A stretch of DNA of 43,406 bases from Candidatus Onthovivens merdipullorum. GTDB taxonomy: Bacteria; Bacillota_I; Bacilli_A; RFN20; CAG-826. The position numbers and the translations under genes are program-made. The stretch covers positions 1 to 43,406 of the forward strand of contig JADIMY010000086.1 of NCBI GenBank assembly GCA_017694345.1, given 5' to 3'. Below, piece by piece: positions 26,910 to 36,816 of this stretch. The notes beneath the pieces are model-generated. The model did no database searches, was not told where the DNA came from, and saw only the letters and a program-made list of their open reading frames with translations. Position 1 is the stretch's first letter; the number at the start of each line of letters is the position of its first letter.

Positions 26910-28834
26910 ATTTCTTTAGGGTTAACTAATAAAGTCTTTTCTTCGATTTCTTTTTTAAGTAAAGTGATAAATTCATCAATCGATACAGTAATTTGATCTT
27001 TTGAACTATATCTACGATAAGTAACACTATTATTGTTAACTTCGTTATCCCCGATAACTACAGAGTAAGGAATTTTGTTAATTTGTGCTAGTCTCATTCG
27101 ATAGCCTAGTTTTTCGTTTGACTCATCAAGTTCGACTCTTAAATTAGCATTTTCAAGATGTTCTTTTAGTTTTTTAGCAAAATCTAAATGTAAGTTATTA
27201 TTTACTGGCAATAAAGAAACTTGAACAGGAGCAATCCAAAGAGGAAAAGCGCCGGCAAAATTTTCAGTTATAATTCCTAAAAATCTTTCAAAAGAACCTA
27301 AAACAGCACGGTGAAGCATAACTGGTCTAACTTTTTCACCTTTTTCGTTAATGTAAGTGCAGTCAAATCTCTCAGGTAAATTCATATCAAGTTGGATAGT
27401 CCCACATTGCCAAACTCTACCCATGCAATCTTTCAATTTAAAGTCTAATTTCGGACCATAAAAAGCCCCATCACCTGGATTAATTTTAAATTCTTTTCCA
27501 CTAGCTAAACAAGCATCACTGAGTATTTTTTCCGATTCATTCCAAATTTCAATATCACCAATATAACCTTCTTCAGGTCTAGTTGATAACACGATACTAT
27601 AATCAAGGCCAAATAAAGAGTAAGTTTGGTCATATAATTTTAATAATCTTTGAATTTCAGATTGAAGTTGTTCACGAGTGCAGAAAATATGTGCATCATC
27701 TTGTGTAAAACATCTAACTCTAAATAAGCCATTTAATGCCCCGCTTGCTTCGTGTCTATGAACTAAACCGAGTTCAGCATATCTTATAGGCAAATCACGA
27801 TATGAATGAAGTTCGTTATTATAAACTAAAATAGCACCAGGACAATTCATTGGTTTAATTGCGTAATCTTTATTGTCTATTTTTGTAGTATACATGTTTT
27901 GTTTATAGTGATCCCAGTGGCCACTAGTTTCCCATAATTCTTTAGAAAGAATCATTGGAGTTTTAATAATTTTGTAACCTTCTTTATCGTGAATATCGTT
28001 CCACCAATATTCGATTTGTCTTCTTAACATGAGACCTTTAGGTAAATAAAAAGGAAATCCTGGACCATATTCACTAAACATAAATAAGCCGAGTTCTTTT
28101 CCAATTTTACGATGGTCTCTCTTTTTAGCTTCGTCTTTTAAATGTAAATAATTTTCTAAATCTTCTTTAGTAAAGAAAGAAGTACCATAAATTCTTGTAA
28201 GTTGTTTATTTTTAGAATCACCTCTCCAATAAGCACCAGCTAAATTTTCAAGTTTGAAATTTTTAATATATCCTGTTGAAGGTAGATGTGGTCCTTTGCA
28301 TAAATCAACAAAATCTCCTTGTCTATATATGGAGATATCTTCATCGTCAGGGAACTCTTTAATAATTTCAACTTTATAAGGATTATTTTTGAATAGTTCT
28401 AGAGCTTTTTCTTTTGATATATCTTCTCTTTTAATATATTGATTTTTCTTGACGAGATTTTTCATTTCTTTTTCAATTTTAGGTAAATCCTCTTCTTTTA
28501 AAATAGTGTTGCCAAAATCAATATCGTAATAAAAACCATTTTCGATAGAAGGACCAATAGCAAATAGTGCATTTGGATATAAAATAGAAATTGCCTCAGC
28601 AAGTAAATGGGCTGTTGAATGGTTTAATAAATCTTTAGCTTCTTCACTTTGACTAGTTATTAATTCAAATTTTCCATCACTTTCAATTGGATGATATAAA
28701 TCAAAGAGCTTATCATTTAATTTATATGCAAGAGCCTCTTTTGCAAGCGATTGAGAAATTTTACTTGCTATATCGTGACCATTTTCGCCTTTTTCAATTA
28801 ATATTTTTTTACCATCTTTTAATTCTAATTCCAT
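26906..28834 (-). CDS. thrS: Threonine--tRNA ligase
   Basis: HSTAH, DLC.GPH, RDHRK, KPMNCP, FTQDD and AFYGPK motifs. Confidence 0.98.
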   Translation of the reverse strand: MELELKDGKKILIEKGENGHDIASKISQSLAKEALAYKLNDKLFDLYHPIESDGKFELITSQSEEAKDLLNHSTAHLLAEAISILYPNALFAIGPSIENGFYYDIDFGNTILKEEDLPKIEKEMKNLVKKNQYIKREDISKEKALELFKNNPYKVEIIKEFPDDEDISIYRQGDFVDLCKGPHLPSTGYIKNFKLENLAGAYWRGDSKNKQLTRIYGTSFFTKEDLENYLHLKDEAKKRDHRKIGKELGLFMFSEYGPGFPFYLPKGLMLRRQIEYWWNDIHDKEGYKIIKTPMILSKELWETSGHWDHYKQNMYTTKIDNKDYAIKPMNCPGAILVYNNELHSYRDLPIRYAELGLVHRHEASGALNGLFRVRCFTQDDAHIFCTREQLQSEIQRLLKLYDQTYSLFGLDYSIVLSTRPEEGYIGDIEIWNESEKILSDACLASGKEFKINPGDGAFYGPKLDFKLKDCMGRVWQCGTIQLDMNLPERFDCTYINEKGEKVRPVMLHRAVLGSFERFLGIITENFAGAFPLWIAPVQVSLLPVNNNLHLDFAKKLKEHLENANLRVELDESNEKLGYRMRLAQINKIPYSVVIGDNEVNNNSVTYRRYSSKDQITVSIDEFITLLKKEIEEKTLLVNPKEI

Positions 28835-28852
28835 ATTAATCTCCTTTAAATT

Positions 28853-29077
28853 AAAAAATCCTTAGACAAATAAGTCTAAGGACGCTTGTTTCACGCGGTA
28901 CCACCTTAGTTATAACTAAAGAGTTATCACTTCATTAAATTGATTAATTACGTTAATCATTCGTTAAGTTACCTTAAGTGCTCCAAAGTGGTATTGTTTA
29001 ATTCTTTTTAAGAAACTTTCACCAATTTGTTTCTTTCTCTAATAAAAGATAGTTAAACAACTTGTCTTTTTCAACGC
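28853..29077 (-). ncRNA. Thr T-box riboswitch leader
   Basis: T-box AAGGTGGTACCGCG (28894-28907); stem I with AGAGA/GGTGAA loops; ACC specifier (28990-28992); terminator TCCTTAGAC/GTCTAAGGA with T-run. Confidence 0.92.
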
Positions 29078-29405
29078 AATGATATCATATAACTATAACT
29101 AATTTTTGTAAATTAATATTTTTTTCTTAATTTTAAAAATTAAAAAAACACCTAAGATTTAAAGACTTTTCAGTAAAAAAATAGATTTATATTTTTTAGG
29201 TATTAATGTTTTTTCTTTACTAAACTTGAGATTTATTGTTTGAAATATAAATCATGTTGTGACTATTTAGGTAAAATTTATTTATTAAATAATATGATTT
29301 CATAAACAATTTATTTCGAGGAAAATATATTTTGCTTAACAAAATTAATCATTTAAATTTAATTTTCTAAGAAAGTATTTATAATATTAAACGGAGGTAA
29401 TAATT

Positions 29406-30776
29406 ATGTATTCAAAGAATGCTTGGAATAAATATGAAGGTAAATCTTTAGATGAATTAATGAAATTTAATGAAGATTACAAAGAATTTTTATCGAATGG
29501 TAAAACTGAAAGATTGTGTGTTAGAAACGCACTTGAACTTGCTAAAGCTAAAGGTTTTAAAGAACTTGAAAAAGCTAAAAGTATTAAACCAGGTGATAAA
29601 CTTTATTCTATTAATCGAGGAAAAAACATTGTTTTATATGTAATTGGTAAAGAAAATGTTAAAGAAGGAATTAATGTTTTAGGAGCTCATATTGATTCTC
29701 CTCGCACTGATATAAAACAAAATCCACTTTATGAATCAACTGATTTTGCTTTACTAGATACTCATTACTATGGTGGGGTAAAGAAATATCAATGGGTTAC
29801 TATTCCATTAGCTTTACATGGTGTAGTTTGTAAAAAGGATGGAACAACTGTTGAAATTCATATTGGAGAAAAAGAAGAGGATCCTATTTTCTGTATAACT
29901 GATTTATTAATACATTTAAGTGGAGAACAATTAACTAAGACAGCTAATAAAGTTATAGAAGGTGAAAACCTCGATGTAACAATTGGTAGTATTCCTTTAA
30001 AAGGTGAAGAAAAAGAACCAGTTAAGAAAAATATCTTAAAAATATTAAAGGAAACTTATGGCATTGAGGAAGAAGATTTCTTAAGTGCTGAAATTGAGGT
30101 AGTTCCTAGTGGAAAAGCTCGTGATTTAGGACTTGATAGAAGTATGGTTGCAGGTTATGGACAAGATGATAGAGTTTGTGCATATACTTCCTTAAGAGCA
30201 ATCTTAGATTTAAACGAAATTCCTAATAAAACAGCTTGCTGTATTTTAGTTGATAAAGAAGAAATTGGTAGTGTTGGAGCAACTGGAGCTTGCTCAAATT
30301 ATTTTATAAATACGATCGCAGAATTACTTGCTTTAGAAGGCAATGGTACTGATTTAAAATTAAGAAGAACATTAACTAAATCGAATATGCTTTCAAGCGA
30401 TGTAAGTGCAGGTGTTGATCCACTTTATTTAGGTGTAAATGAACTAAAAAATAGCTGTTATTTAGGTAAAGGTATTGTTTTTAATAAATATACTGGTAGT
30501 AGAGGAAAAAGTGGATGTAATGATGCTGCTCCTGAATTTATTGCTAAACTTAGAAAGATGCTTGATGATAATGATGTAAATTATCAAACAGCTGAATTAG
30601 GCAAAGTTGATCAAGGTGGTGGAGGAACTATCGCTTATATTTTAGCTAATCAAAATATGAATGTAATTGATGCTGGTGTTGGTGTTTTAAATATGCATGC
30701 TCCTTTAGAAATTACTTCAAAAGTTGATGTCTATGAAGCTTATAAGGCTTATAAAGTCTTCTTATTAAACGCTTAA
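29406..30776 (+). CDS. M18 family aminopeptidase
   Basis: KTER, AHIDSPR, HYYGGVKKYQW, QDDR, DKEEIGS, GGGGTIA and MHAP.E motifs. Confidence 0.92.
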   Translation: MYSKNAWNKYEGKSLDELMKFNEDYKEFLSNGKTERLCVRNALELAKAKGFKELEKAKSIKPGDKLYSINRGKNIVLYVIGKENVKEGINVLGAHIDSPRTDIKQNPLYESTDFALLDTHYYGGVKKYQWVTIPLALHGVVCKKDGTTVEIHIGEKEEDPIFCITDLLIHLSGEQLTKTANKVIEGENLDVTIGSIPLKGEEKEPVKKNILKILKETYGIEEEDFLSAEIEVVPSGKARDLGLDRSMVAGYGQDDRVCAYTSLRAILDLNEIPNKTACCILVDKEEIGSVGATGACSNYFINTIAELLALEGNGTDLKLRRTLTKSNMLSSDVSAGVDPLYLGVNELKNSCYLGKGIVFNKYTGSRGKSGCNDAAPEFIAKLRKMLDDNDVNYQTAELGKVDQGGGGTIAYILANQNMNVIDAGVGVLNMHAPLEITSKVDVYEAYKAYKVFLLNA

Positions 30777-30800
30777 CTAAATTTAAATTAGCATTTGTTT

Positions 30801-30830
30801 AAAAATAGGTCTTCTTTGACCTATTTTTTT
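30801..30830 (+). terminator. Terminator after the M18 peptidase gene
   Basis: AAAAATAGGTC-ttcttt-GACCTATTTTTTT. Confidence 0.85.
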
Positions 30831-30877
30831 ATGTATTTTATTTTTAAAACGAGTTTTAAATCAATATAATATTTTAT

Positions 30878-31429
30878 ATGAAAAGTTTGATTATTTTTAA
30901 AACAAATACTGGATTTAGTAAGCGTTATGCTGAAATGCTTTCTAGAAGAGTTGTACCTTCAGAAATAAAAGACATTAGAAAAGTACATCTAAAAGATTTA
31001 AGGGATTGTGATCATATCTTTTTTATTGGTCCATTAAGAAATAATGTTATTTTAGGACTAAATAAATTTTTAAAGTTTTATGAACACATAAAAGATAAAA
31101 ACATTTATATTATTGCTAATGGAATAGAACCATATAGCGAAGAGAAAAAAGAAAATGTTATTTTTGCTAATGGATTAGATTTATACCATATTCGTCTATA
31201 TTTTGTTAGTGGTGGAATAGATATTTCAAAAATGTCTCCTTTAAAAAGAAAAATGTTTCAAGTTGGCATAAAAATGGCTGCAAAAAAAGAAAATATCGGG
31301 GAAGATTTGATAAAACAAAGATTTGAAACACCTATTGATTTAATTAATTCTTCTAATTTAGATCGAGTTGTTGAAGTGTATCATAGGCTTAATGTAATTT
31401 CTCCTACTGATGGAAAGGAAGATAAATAG
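30878..31429 (+). CDS. Flavodoxin-domain protein
   Basis: IIF.T.TGFS.RYA N-terminal loop and F..GG.D...M pattern. Confidence 0.65.
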   Translation: MKSLIIFKTNTGFSKRYAEMLSRRVVPSEIKDIRKVHLKDLRDCDHIFFIGPLRNNVILGLNKFLKFYEHIKDKNIYIIANGIEPYSEEKKENVIFANGLDLYHIRLYFVSGGIDISKMSPLKRKMFQVGIKMAAKKENIGEDLIKQRFETPIDLINSSNLDRVVEVYHRLNVISPTDGKEDK

Positions 31430-31430
31430 A

Positions 31431-33653
31431 ATGGAAAAATTATTTTCTTGTAATAATATGCATTGTGCGGCTTGTAAAGGTAATATTGAAAGAGCTTTAA
31501 GTAAGTTACCTGGAGTAATTTCTTCAGAAGCTAATTCAATTACTTCAAGTGTTAAAGTTATCACTAATAAAGAAGTTAGTGATGAAGACATTATAAAATG
31601 CTGTAAAGAAGCTGGATATAATTTAGAAGTTATTGAAGATGATGAATCTTTGATAGTTAAAAAAGAAAGTTCGAAAGGCTTAATAATTAGGATAATTATT
31701 GGAATTATTTTATTAATTCCTCTTTTATATTTAGGGATGGGCGTTATGTATGAAAATGCTATTCCAGAATTTTTAAAATCTCCGGTTTATGTAAGTTCTT
31801 ATGTTCAACTTGGTTTAACTTTAATAATTATCGGTTTATTTTTTAATTATTATATTAGCGGAGCTAAAGCCCTAATTAAACTTTCTCCTAATATGGATTC
31901 ACTTGTCTTTTTAGGCAGTTTATTTTCTTTATTATATAGCATTTATTTAATCATTACTTTTACAATCGATCCTTCAATTCCTTATACTCATACACATATT
32001 TATTTAGATAGTAGTGCAATGATTTTAGTTATTGTAAGTATTGGAAAATTAATTGAGAATTTATCAAAAAGGAAAGCAAAAAATACAATTAGTGAACTTT
32101 TAAAACTTAGACCAAAAACAGCTCATTTAGTTAAAGGTGGAGCGATTATTGATGTTGACACTAAATTTTTAAAGAAAAACGATATTATATTAGTTAAACC
32201 TGGAGAAACTATTTCTTCTGATGGTATGGTTGTTAGTGGAATTAGTAGTGTTGATGAATCTTTAATTAGTGGTGAAAGTCTACCGGTAAATAAAGAAGAA
32301 GACTCTGAAGTTATCGGTGGATCGATTAATGGTGAAGGTACTTTAAAAGTTTTAATTACTAAAGAAAAGAAAGATAATGTCTTAAGTAAAATTATATCTT
32401 TAGTAATGGAAGCTAGTAATATGAATACAAAGCTTACAAGAAAAATCGACATTGTAAGTAGATATTTTGTTCCTATCGTTATTTTCTTATCAATTTTAAC
32501 TTTTGTTCTTTGGATTAGTATTGATCCAACACATGATTTTAACAATGCTTTTAGTTTTGGTGTTGGTGTTATGGTAATTTCTTGCCCTTGTGCACTTGGA
32601 CTAGCCACTCCTATATCACTACTTGTTGGATCATCGATTTTTGCAAAAAATGGAATACTTGTTAATAAAAGTGAAGCTATTGAAAAATTAAAAGATGTTG
32701 ATACCATTGTTTTAGACAAAACTAATACAATTACTAAAGGCGAATTAGAAGTTGAAAAGGCGAGTATTTTCACAAAAAGCCTGCAAATCCTTGATGAAAT
32801 TTATACTTTAGAAAAATATTCCAGTCACCCTTTAGCTAAGGGAATCGTAAATTATTTAAGTAAAAGTAAAATAAGTGAGAATTTTATTTCAAGTGGAGTT
32901 GAGCCAGGTAAAGGAATTTATGGCAGTTTCAAAGATGAGAAATTATATATTGGTAACATAAGTTATTTAAAGTCATTACAACAAAATATCGATAATAAAA
33001 TCCTTGATGAAATTGAAAACGAAAATAAAAACGGTTTATTGCCATTAATAGCTTTTAATGAAAATGAAATTTATTCTGTATTTTATTTAAAAGATAAAAT
33101 AAAGGATAATGCTAAAGAGTTTATTAGTGAAGCAAAAAAACATTTTAAAAGAATAATTTTATTAACTGGAGATAATAAAATTATCGCTAGTAAGATAGCT
33201 TTAGAAGCAGGTATTGAAGAAGTTATTAGTGAAGTTTTACCAATGGATAAAGATAAAGTAATTAGTAAACTTCAAGAAGAAGGTCATAAAGTAATTATGG
33301 TTGGCGATGGGGTAAATGATTCAATCGCATTAAACCGTGCTGATGTGGGAATAGGTATAGCTAAAGGTAGCGATATAGCTTTAAGTAGTAGTGATTTTAT
33401 TTTAATGAGAAATAATTTATTTGATATTATTAATATATTGAATATTTCTAAAAAAATTAGAAACAATATTACTTTAAACCTTTTCTGGGCATTTATTTAT
33501 AATATTATTTGTATTCCTATTGCTGCTGGATGTTTTGCTAGTTTAGGAGTTAAACTCGAGCCAATGTATTGCTCAATGCTTATGGCTTTAAGTAGTGTTA
33601 CAGTTTGCTTAAATTCTTTAACTTTATTCTTAACTACAAGAAGAAAAAAATAG
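31431..33653 (+). CDS. copA: Cu(+)-translocating P1B-type ATPase
   Basis: MHCAAC metal-binding domain; SGES, CPCALGLA, DKTNT (variant), HP, GDGVND, YN and M..SS motifs. Confidence 0.88.
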   Translation: MEKLFSCNNMHCAACKGNIERALSKLPGVISSEANSITSSVKVITNKEVSDEDIIKCCKEAGYNLEVIEDDESLIVKKESSKGLIIRIIIGIILLIPLLYLGMGVMYENAIPEFLKSPVYVSSYVQLGLTLIIIGLFFNYYISGAKALIKLSPNMDSLVFLGSLFSLLYSIYLIITFTIDPSIPYTHTHIYLDSSAMILVIVSIGKLIENLSKRKAKNTISELLKLRPKTAHLVKGGAIIDVDTKFLKKNDIILVKPGETISSDGMVVSGISSVDESLISGESLPVNKEEDSEVIGGSINGEGTLKVLITKEKKDNVLSKIISLVMEASNMNTKLTRKIDIVSRYFVPIVIFLSILTFVLWISIDPTHDFNNAFSFGVGVMVISCPCALGLATPISLLVGSSIFAKNGILVNKSEAIEKLKDVDTIVLDKTNTITKGELEVEKASIFTKSLQILDEIYTLEKYSSHPLAKGIVNYLSKSKISENFISSGVEPGKGIYGSFKDEKLYIGNISYLKSLQQNIDNKILDEIENENKNGLLPLIAFNENEIYSVFYLKDKIKDNAKEFISEAKKHFKRIILLTGDNKIIASKIALEAGIEEVISEVLPMDKDKVISKLQEEGHKVIMVGDGVNDSIALNRADVGIGIAKGSDIALSSSDFILMRNNLFDIINILNISKKIRNNITLNLFWAFIYNIICIPIAAGCFASLGVKLEPMYCSMLMALSSVTVCLNSLTLFLTTRRKK

Positions 33654-33687
33654 ATTTTATAGGTAAAAATATTTACAATATTTAAAT

Positions 33688-34146
33688 ATGGTAAAAGAAG
33701 GAATTAAGATTTTAGTAACCAATAAAAAAGCTCACTTTAATTACTTTCTAAGTGATTTTTTAGAAACCGGAATTTCGTTAATGGGAACAGAGATTAAATC
33801 TATTCGTAATCATAATGTCAGTATCAATGATGCTTATGTTGTGATTAAGGATAATGAAGCTTATATCTTAAATATGAATATAGCCCCATATGAAAAGGGA
33901 ACCATTTATAATCATGATCCACTTAGAAGTCGAAAATTATTACTCCATAAAAAAGAAATACTTAAATTATCTCAAAAAATACAAAAAGAAGGTTACACAA
34001 TTATTCCAACAAAAGTTTATTTAAAAAAAGGACGCTGCAAAATTGAAATTGCTTTAGGAAAAGGGAAAAAATTTTACGATAAAAGAGAAGCTATAAAGCA
34101 AAGAGATGATGAGCGTAATATGGCAAAAGCTATAAAAAGAGGGTAA
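33688..34146 (+). CDS. smpB: SsrA-binding protein
   Basis: NKKA...Y, G.EIKSIR, R.RKLLLHK and GKK.YDKR motifs. Confidence 0.96.
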   Translation: MVKEGIKILVTNKKAHFNYFLSDFLETGISLMGTEIKSIRNHNVSINDAYVVIKDNEAYILNMNIAPYEKGTIYNHDPLRSRKLLLHKKEILKLSQKIQKEGYTIIPTKVYLKKGRCKIEIALGKGKKFYDKREAIKQRDDERNMAKAIKRG

Positions 34147-34964
34147 TGGTGCGAAGTTTAACAATTTATCACAAAATATGTTTTTGTGCTTTATTTATCG
34201 CTTTAACTATTATTTTATCGCGCTTTTTTTCTTTACCTGGTTTATTTGGTTTACCATTTTTAAAAATCTCATTCGCTAATAGTGTCGTATTATTTTCTAG
34301 TTTTTATTTAGGGCCACTACGGGGATTAATTGTTGGAGGAGCAAGTGATTGTTTAGGAGCAATATTATTTCCTCAAGGTGGTGGTTTTAATCCTTTATAC
34401 ACTATACCAGCTTTACTTACTGGATTATTTCCTTTTTTATTTTATAAATTTTTAAATTTTTCAAAATTAGAGAAGAAGATTCCTTTTGTTTTAATTTTTA
34501 TTCTATCTTTTTTCTCTTTATTTACCATGTTTTATTTTATTTTTAATGATTATTTAATAAGTGGTAGTAAATCTTATTATATAGATTTATGGCAAAAAAT
34601 AGTTTTAGTTTTGTTAGCTTTTATATTGAGCATCCTTTATATTGTCACAATTATTTATATAAAATATAAGTTCAAAGATAAAAAAGTAAATAAGAACTAT
34701 AATATTTATTCTCTAGCGACTTCAATGTTTTTAACTTATTTTTTGATTAAGATACCAATTGGTAGCTTAATTATGACTTTTTTATTGAATTATTCATTTT
34801 TATTTATATTCTTTTTAAGGCTATTAACTGGATTTTTTACATGTATTGTTCATAGTATTATCGTAATAGTTGCGCTTAATGTTAGTAGTCAATTTAATAT
34901 GAGAAGTGCTATTAATGAAGATCATTATTTTTCAAGGACTACTTTATGGAAAAAGAAAAATTAA
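34146..34964 (+). CDS. ECF S-component, folate (FolT-like)
   Basis: ALFIAL.IIL.R, KISF, GP..G...G..SD and F.P..T pattern; multi-TM. Confidence 0.65.
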   Translation: MVRSLTIYHKICFCALFIALTIILSRFFSLPGLFGLPFLKISFANSVVLFSSFYLGPLRGLIVGGASDCLGAILFPQGGGFNPLYTIPALLTGLFPFLFYKFLNFSKLEKKIPFVLIFILSFFSLFTMFYFIFNDYLISGSKSYYIDLWQKIVLVLLAFILSILYIVTIIYIKYKFKDKKVNKNYNIYSLATSMFLTYFLIKIPIGSLIMTFLLNYSFLFIFFLRLLTGFFTCIVHSIIVIVALNVSSQFNMRSAINEDHYFSRTTLWKKKN

Positions 34965-35110
34965 AGAAAATAATAAAAATTATTTTAATTGTTGTAGTAG
35001 TATTAGTTATTGTTACTGCAATTATTTTAATAATTATTGGTTTATTACCAAATGATAACGGTACGATAAGTGATATATGTACTGGCGATAGTTGTACAGT
35101 TGGTGGCTAA
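34946..35110 (+). CDS. Small single-TM protein (54 aa) with C-terminal CTGDSC
   Basis: AAGGA RBS; MEKEKLKKIIKIILIVVVVLVIVTAIILIIIGLLPNDNGTISDICTGDSCTVGG; below the ORF-track cutoff. Confidence 0.7.
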   Translation: MEKEKLKKIIKIILIVVVVLVIVTAIILIIIGLLPNDNGTISDICTGDSCTVGG

Positions 35111-35922
35111 TTTTTAAGTTTATCTAAATCCATTTTATATACTTTAATTGCATTTAAATACATTAACTTTTCATAGTCAATTTTATTTAAGCGTATTTTA
35201 TTTTTAAAATAATCTAAATATATTTCTTCATTTAAAGTTTTATCACCATCTATTGGATTATCAGTTCCAAATAAAACACGGTCCATCAAATTCTCTTCTT
35301 TAAGGTTTTTAATAAAACTTATATTGACCCAAGCTGTATCAATATATAAATTAGAGTATTTTTTTAATAGTTCAATAGTCTCTAGATGATCTGATTCTAA
35401 AATAGCATGAGCGGCAATAAAATTAATATCTTTATAAAGTGAACAGACCTCACATAAATATTTAATTTGACTATATTTATCTAAAGCAGTATGAACTAAA
35501 ATAGGATAATTAAATTTTCTTGCGATATTTAAATAAGGTGCAAGTCGAGGGTCTGAGATTCTTAATCTAGAAGTATAAGGATGAAATTTTAAGCCATAGA
35601 AAAAATCTCTATGTTTTTCTAAAAAAGTCTCTAATTCTTGACTATTTTTTTCAGTATGTGGTCGAATCCATATTAAAGGAAGTAGTGATTTATTTTCTTT
35701 TACAATACTTAAAAGTTTTTTTGAAGCACTAAGTTGAGGAATTAATTTATTAAATCTATTAGGTTCTTTAAATTCAGATCCATCAAAAGAAACAATAGAA
35801 AAATCGATATTATGATTTTTCATTGAAGTAAGTAGTGTGTTTAAAGATGTATTTAAAGTAGGCCAATAACCTAGATGAGTGTGAGCATCAATTATGTATT
35901 TACTTTTTTTCTTTATTTTCAA
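35107..35922 (-). CDS. Amidohydrolase-family metallohydrolase
   Basis: IDAHTH, GLKFHP, VHT, AH, DT and FGTD.P motifs. Confidence 0.85.
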   Translation of the reverse strand: MKIKKKSKYIIDAHTHLGYWPTLNTSLNTLLTSMKNHNIDFSIVSFDGSEFKEPNRFNKLIPQLSASKKLLSIVKENKSLLPLIWIRPHTEKNSQELETFLEKHRDFFYGLKFHPYTSRLRISDPRLAPYLNIARKFNYPILVHTALDKYSQIKYLCEVCSLYKDINFIAAHAILESDHLETIELLKKYSNLYIDTAWVNISFIKNLKEENLMDRVLFGTDNPIDGDKTLNEEIYLDYFKNKIRLNKIDYEKLMYLNAIKVYKMDLDKLKN

Positions 35923-36742
35923 GTAAAATCACTTTTCCTTTTTCATTGTATGTTTTTAATATACGATTACTAAATGCTTTATTTGTATTTACAAATTGAG
36001 TGAGTGTTCCGTTTTCTTTAGTAAAAGTATTTAAATTAGTCGTCGCTTCAAATTTATTTTGTGAGCCTAAGGGTACAAAAGAAATATCGACATCTTTAGG
36101 TTTATTTAATATTAAATTACGAATAATTTTATCTTTATTTAAATCAACATATTGTCTATAAACATCAAGATTTTTATCCAGTTTAGTAGCCTTTTTAGTA
36201 TTTGCTTCGCCTATAGATCTAAAACCTAAAATTAAAAATCTAACTAAAGCGACAACAGCTAAAATAGCAGTTAACCAAATCATCGCTGCTTTAAAAGCCA
36301 CTTCAAGATTATCTTGACTAAATCCAATTAAAATCATTGTATTCCAAATTAATTGAAGATTATCTTTATAAATTGCAACATAGTAGAAAATTGCTAATGA
36401 GATATAAAAGATTACTCCATCAACTACAATAAGTAATATATCAATGATAGGAAAAATTCTTTTTCTAATGAGCATTAATAATAGAATAATTACTCCAAAA
36501 ATTGCACAAAGAATAGGAATAACTAATAGTATTAAAGCGTATACATTAAAATTTGATTGGAAAACATGTTGCAGAGTTCCAATTGTGATAAATTTTAAAT
36601 TATTTAGACCAAATAAACCGCTTGTATTTGGGGTTATAAGTTGTGAATAGTCATATTCAAAAGTAAAAACGATAGCAACTAAAGTAGCAATTGACCAAAA
36701 TGCTGCTTGAATAAATTTAAAAATAATTTTTATTTTCTTCAT
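35900..36742 (-). CDS. Hypothetical membrane protein (about 4 TMs)
   Basis: Four hydrophobic segments plus a soluble tail; overlaps the amidohydrolase gene. Confidence 0.6.
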   Translation of the reverse strand: MKKIKIIFKFIQAAFWSIATLVAIVFTFEYDYSQLITPNTSGLFGLNNLKFITIGTLQHVFQSNFNVYALILLVIPILCAIFGVIILLLMLIRKRIFPIIDILLIVVDGVIFYISLAIFYYVAIYKDNLQLIWNTMILIGFSQDNLEVAFKAAMIWLTAILAVVALVRFLILGFRSIGEANTKKATKLDKNLDVYRQYVDLNKDKIIRNLILNKPKDVDISFVPLGSQNKFEATTNLNTFTKENGTLTQFVNTNKAFSNRILKTYNEKGKVILLENKEKK

Positions 36743-36816
36743 AAGATAATTTTACTCAAATATTTTACTTTTTTCTATATTTATTATTTAATTTATATGT
36801 TAAAAAGAGGTATTTT

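Noticed and set aside
29090-29400. Long AT-rich intergenic region as oriC, dif or sRNA
   Set aside because: No DnaA boxes, dif consensus or convincing stem; consistent with divergent promoters
32123-32773. 216-aa ORF antisense to copA, and similar short shadow ORFs (3819, 13851, 14582, 19666, 20945, 21429, 23010, 25198, 31358, 33284, 36444, 40996, 41560)
   Set aside because: Antisense or alternate-frame shadows of well-supported genes, with no motifs
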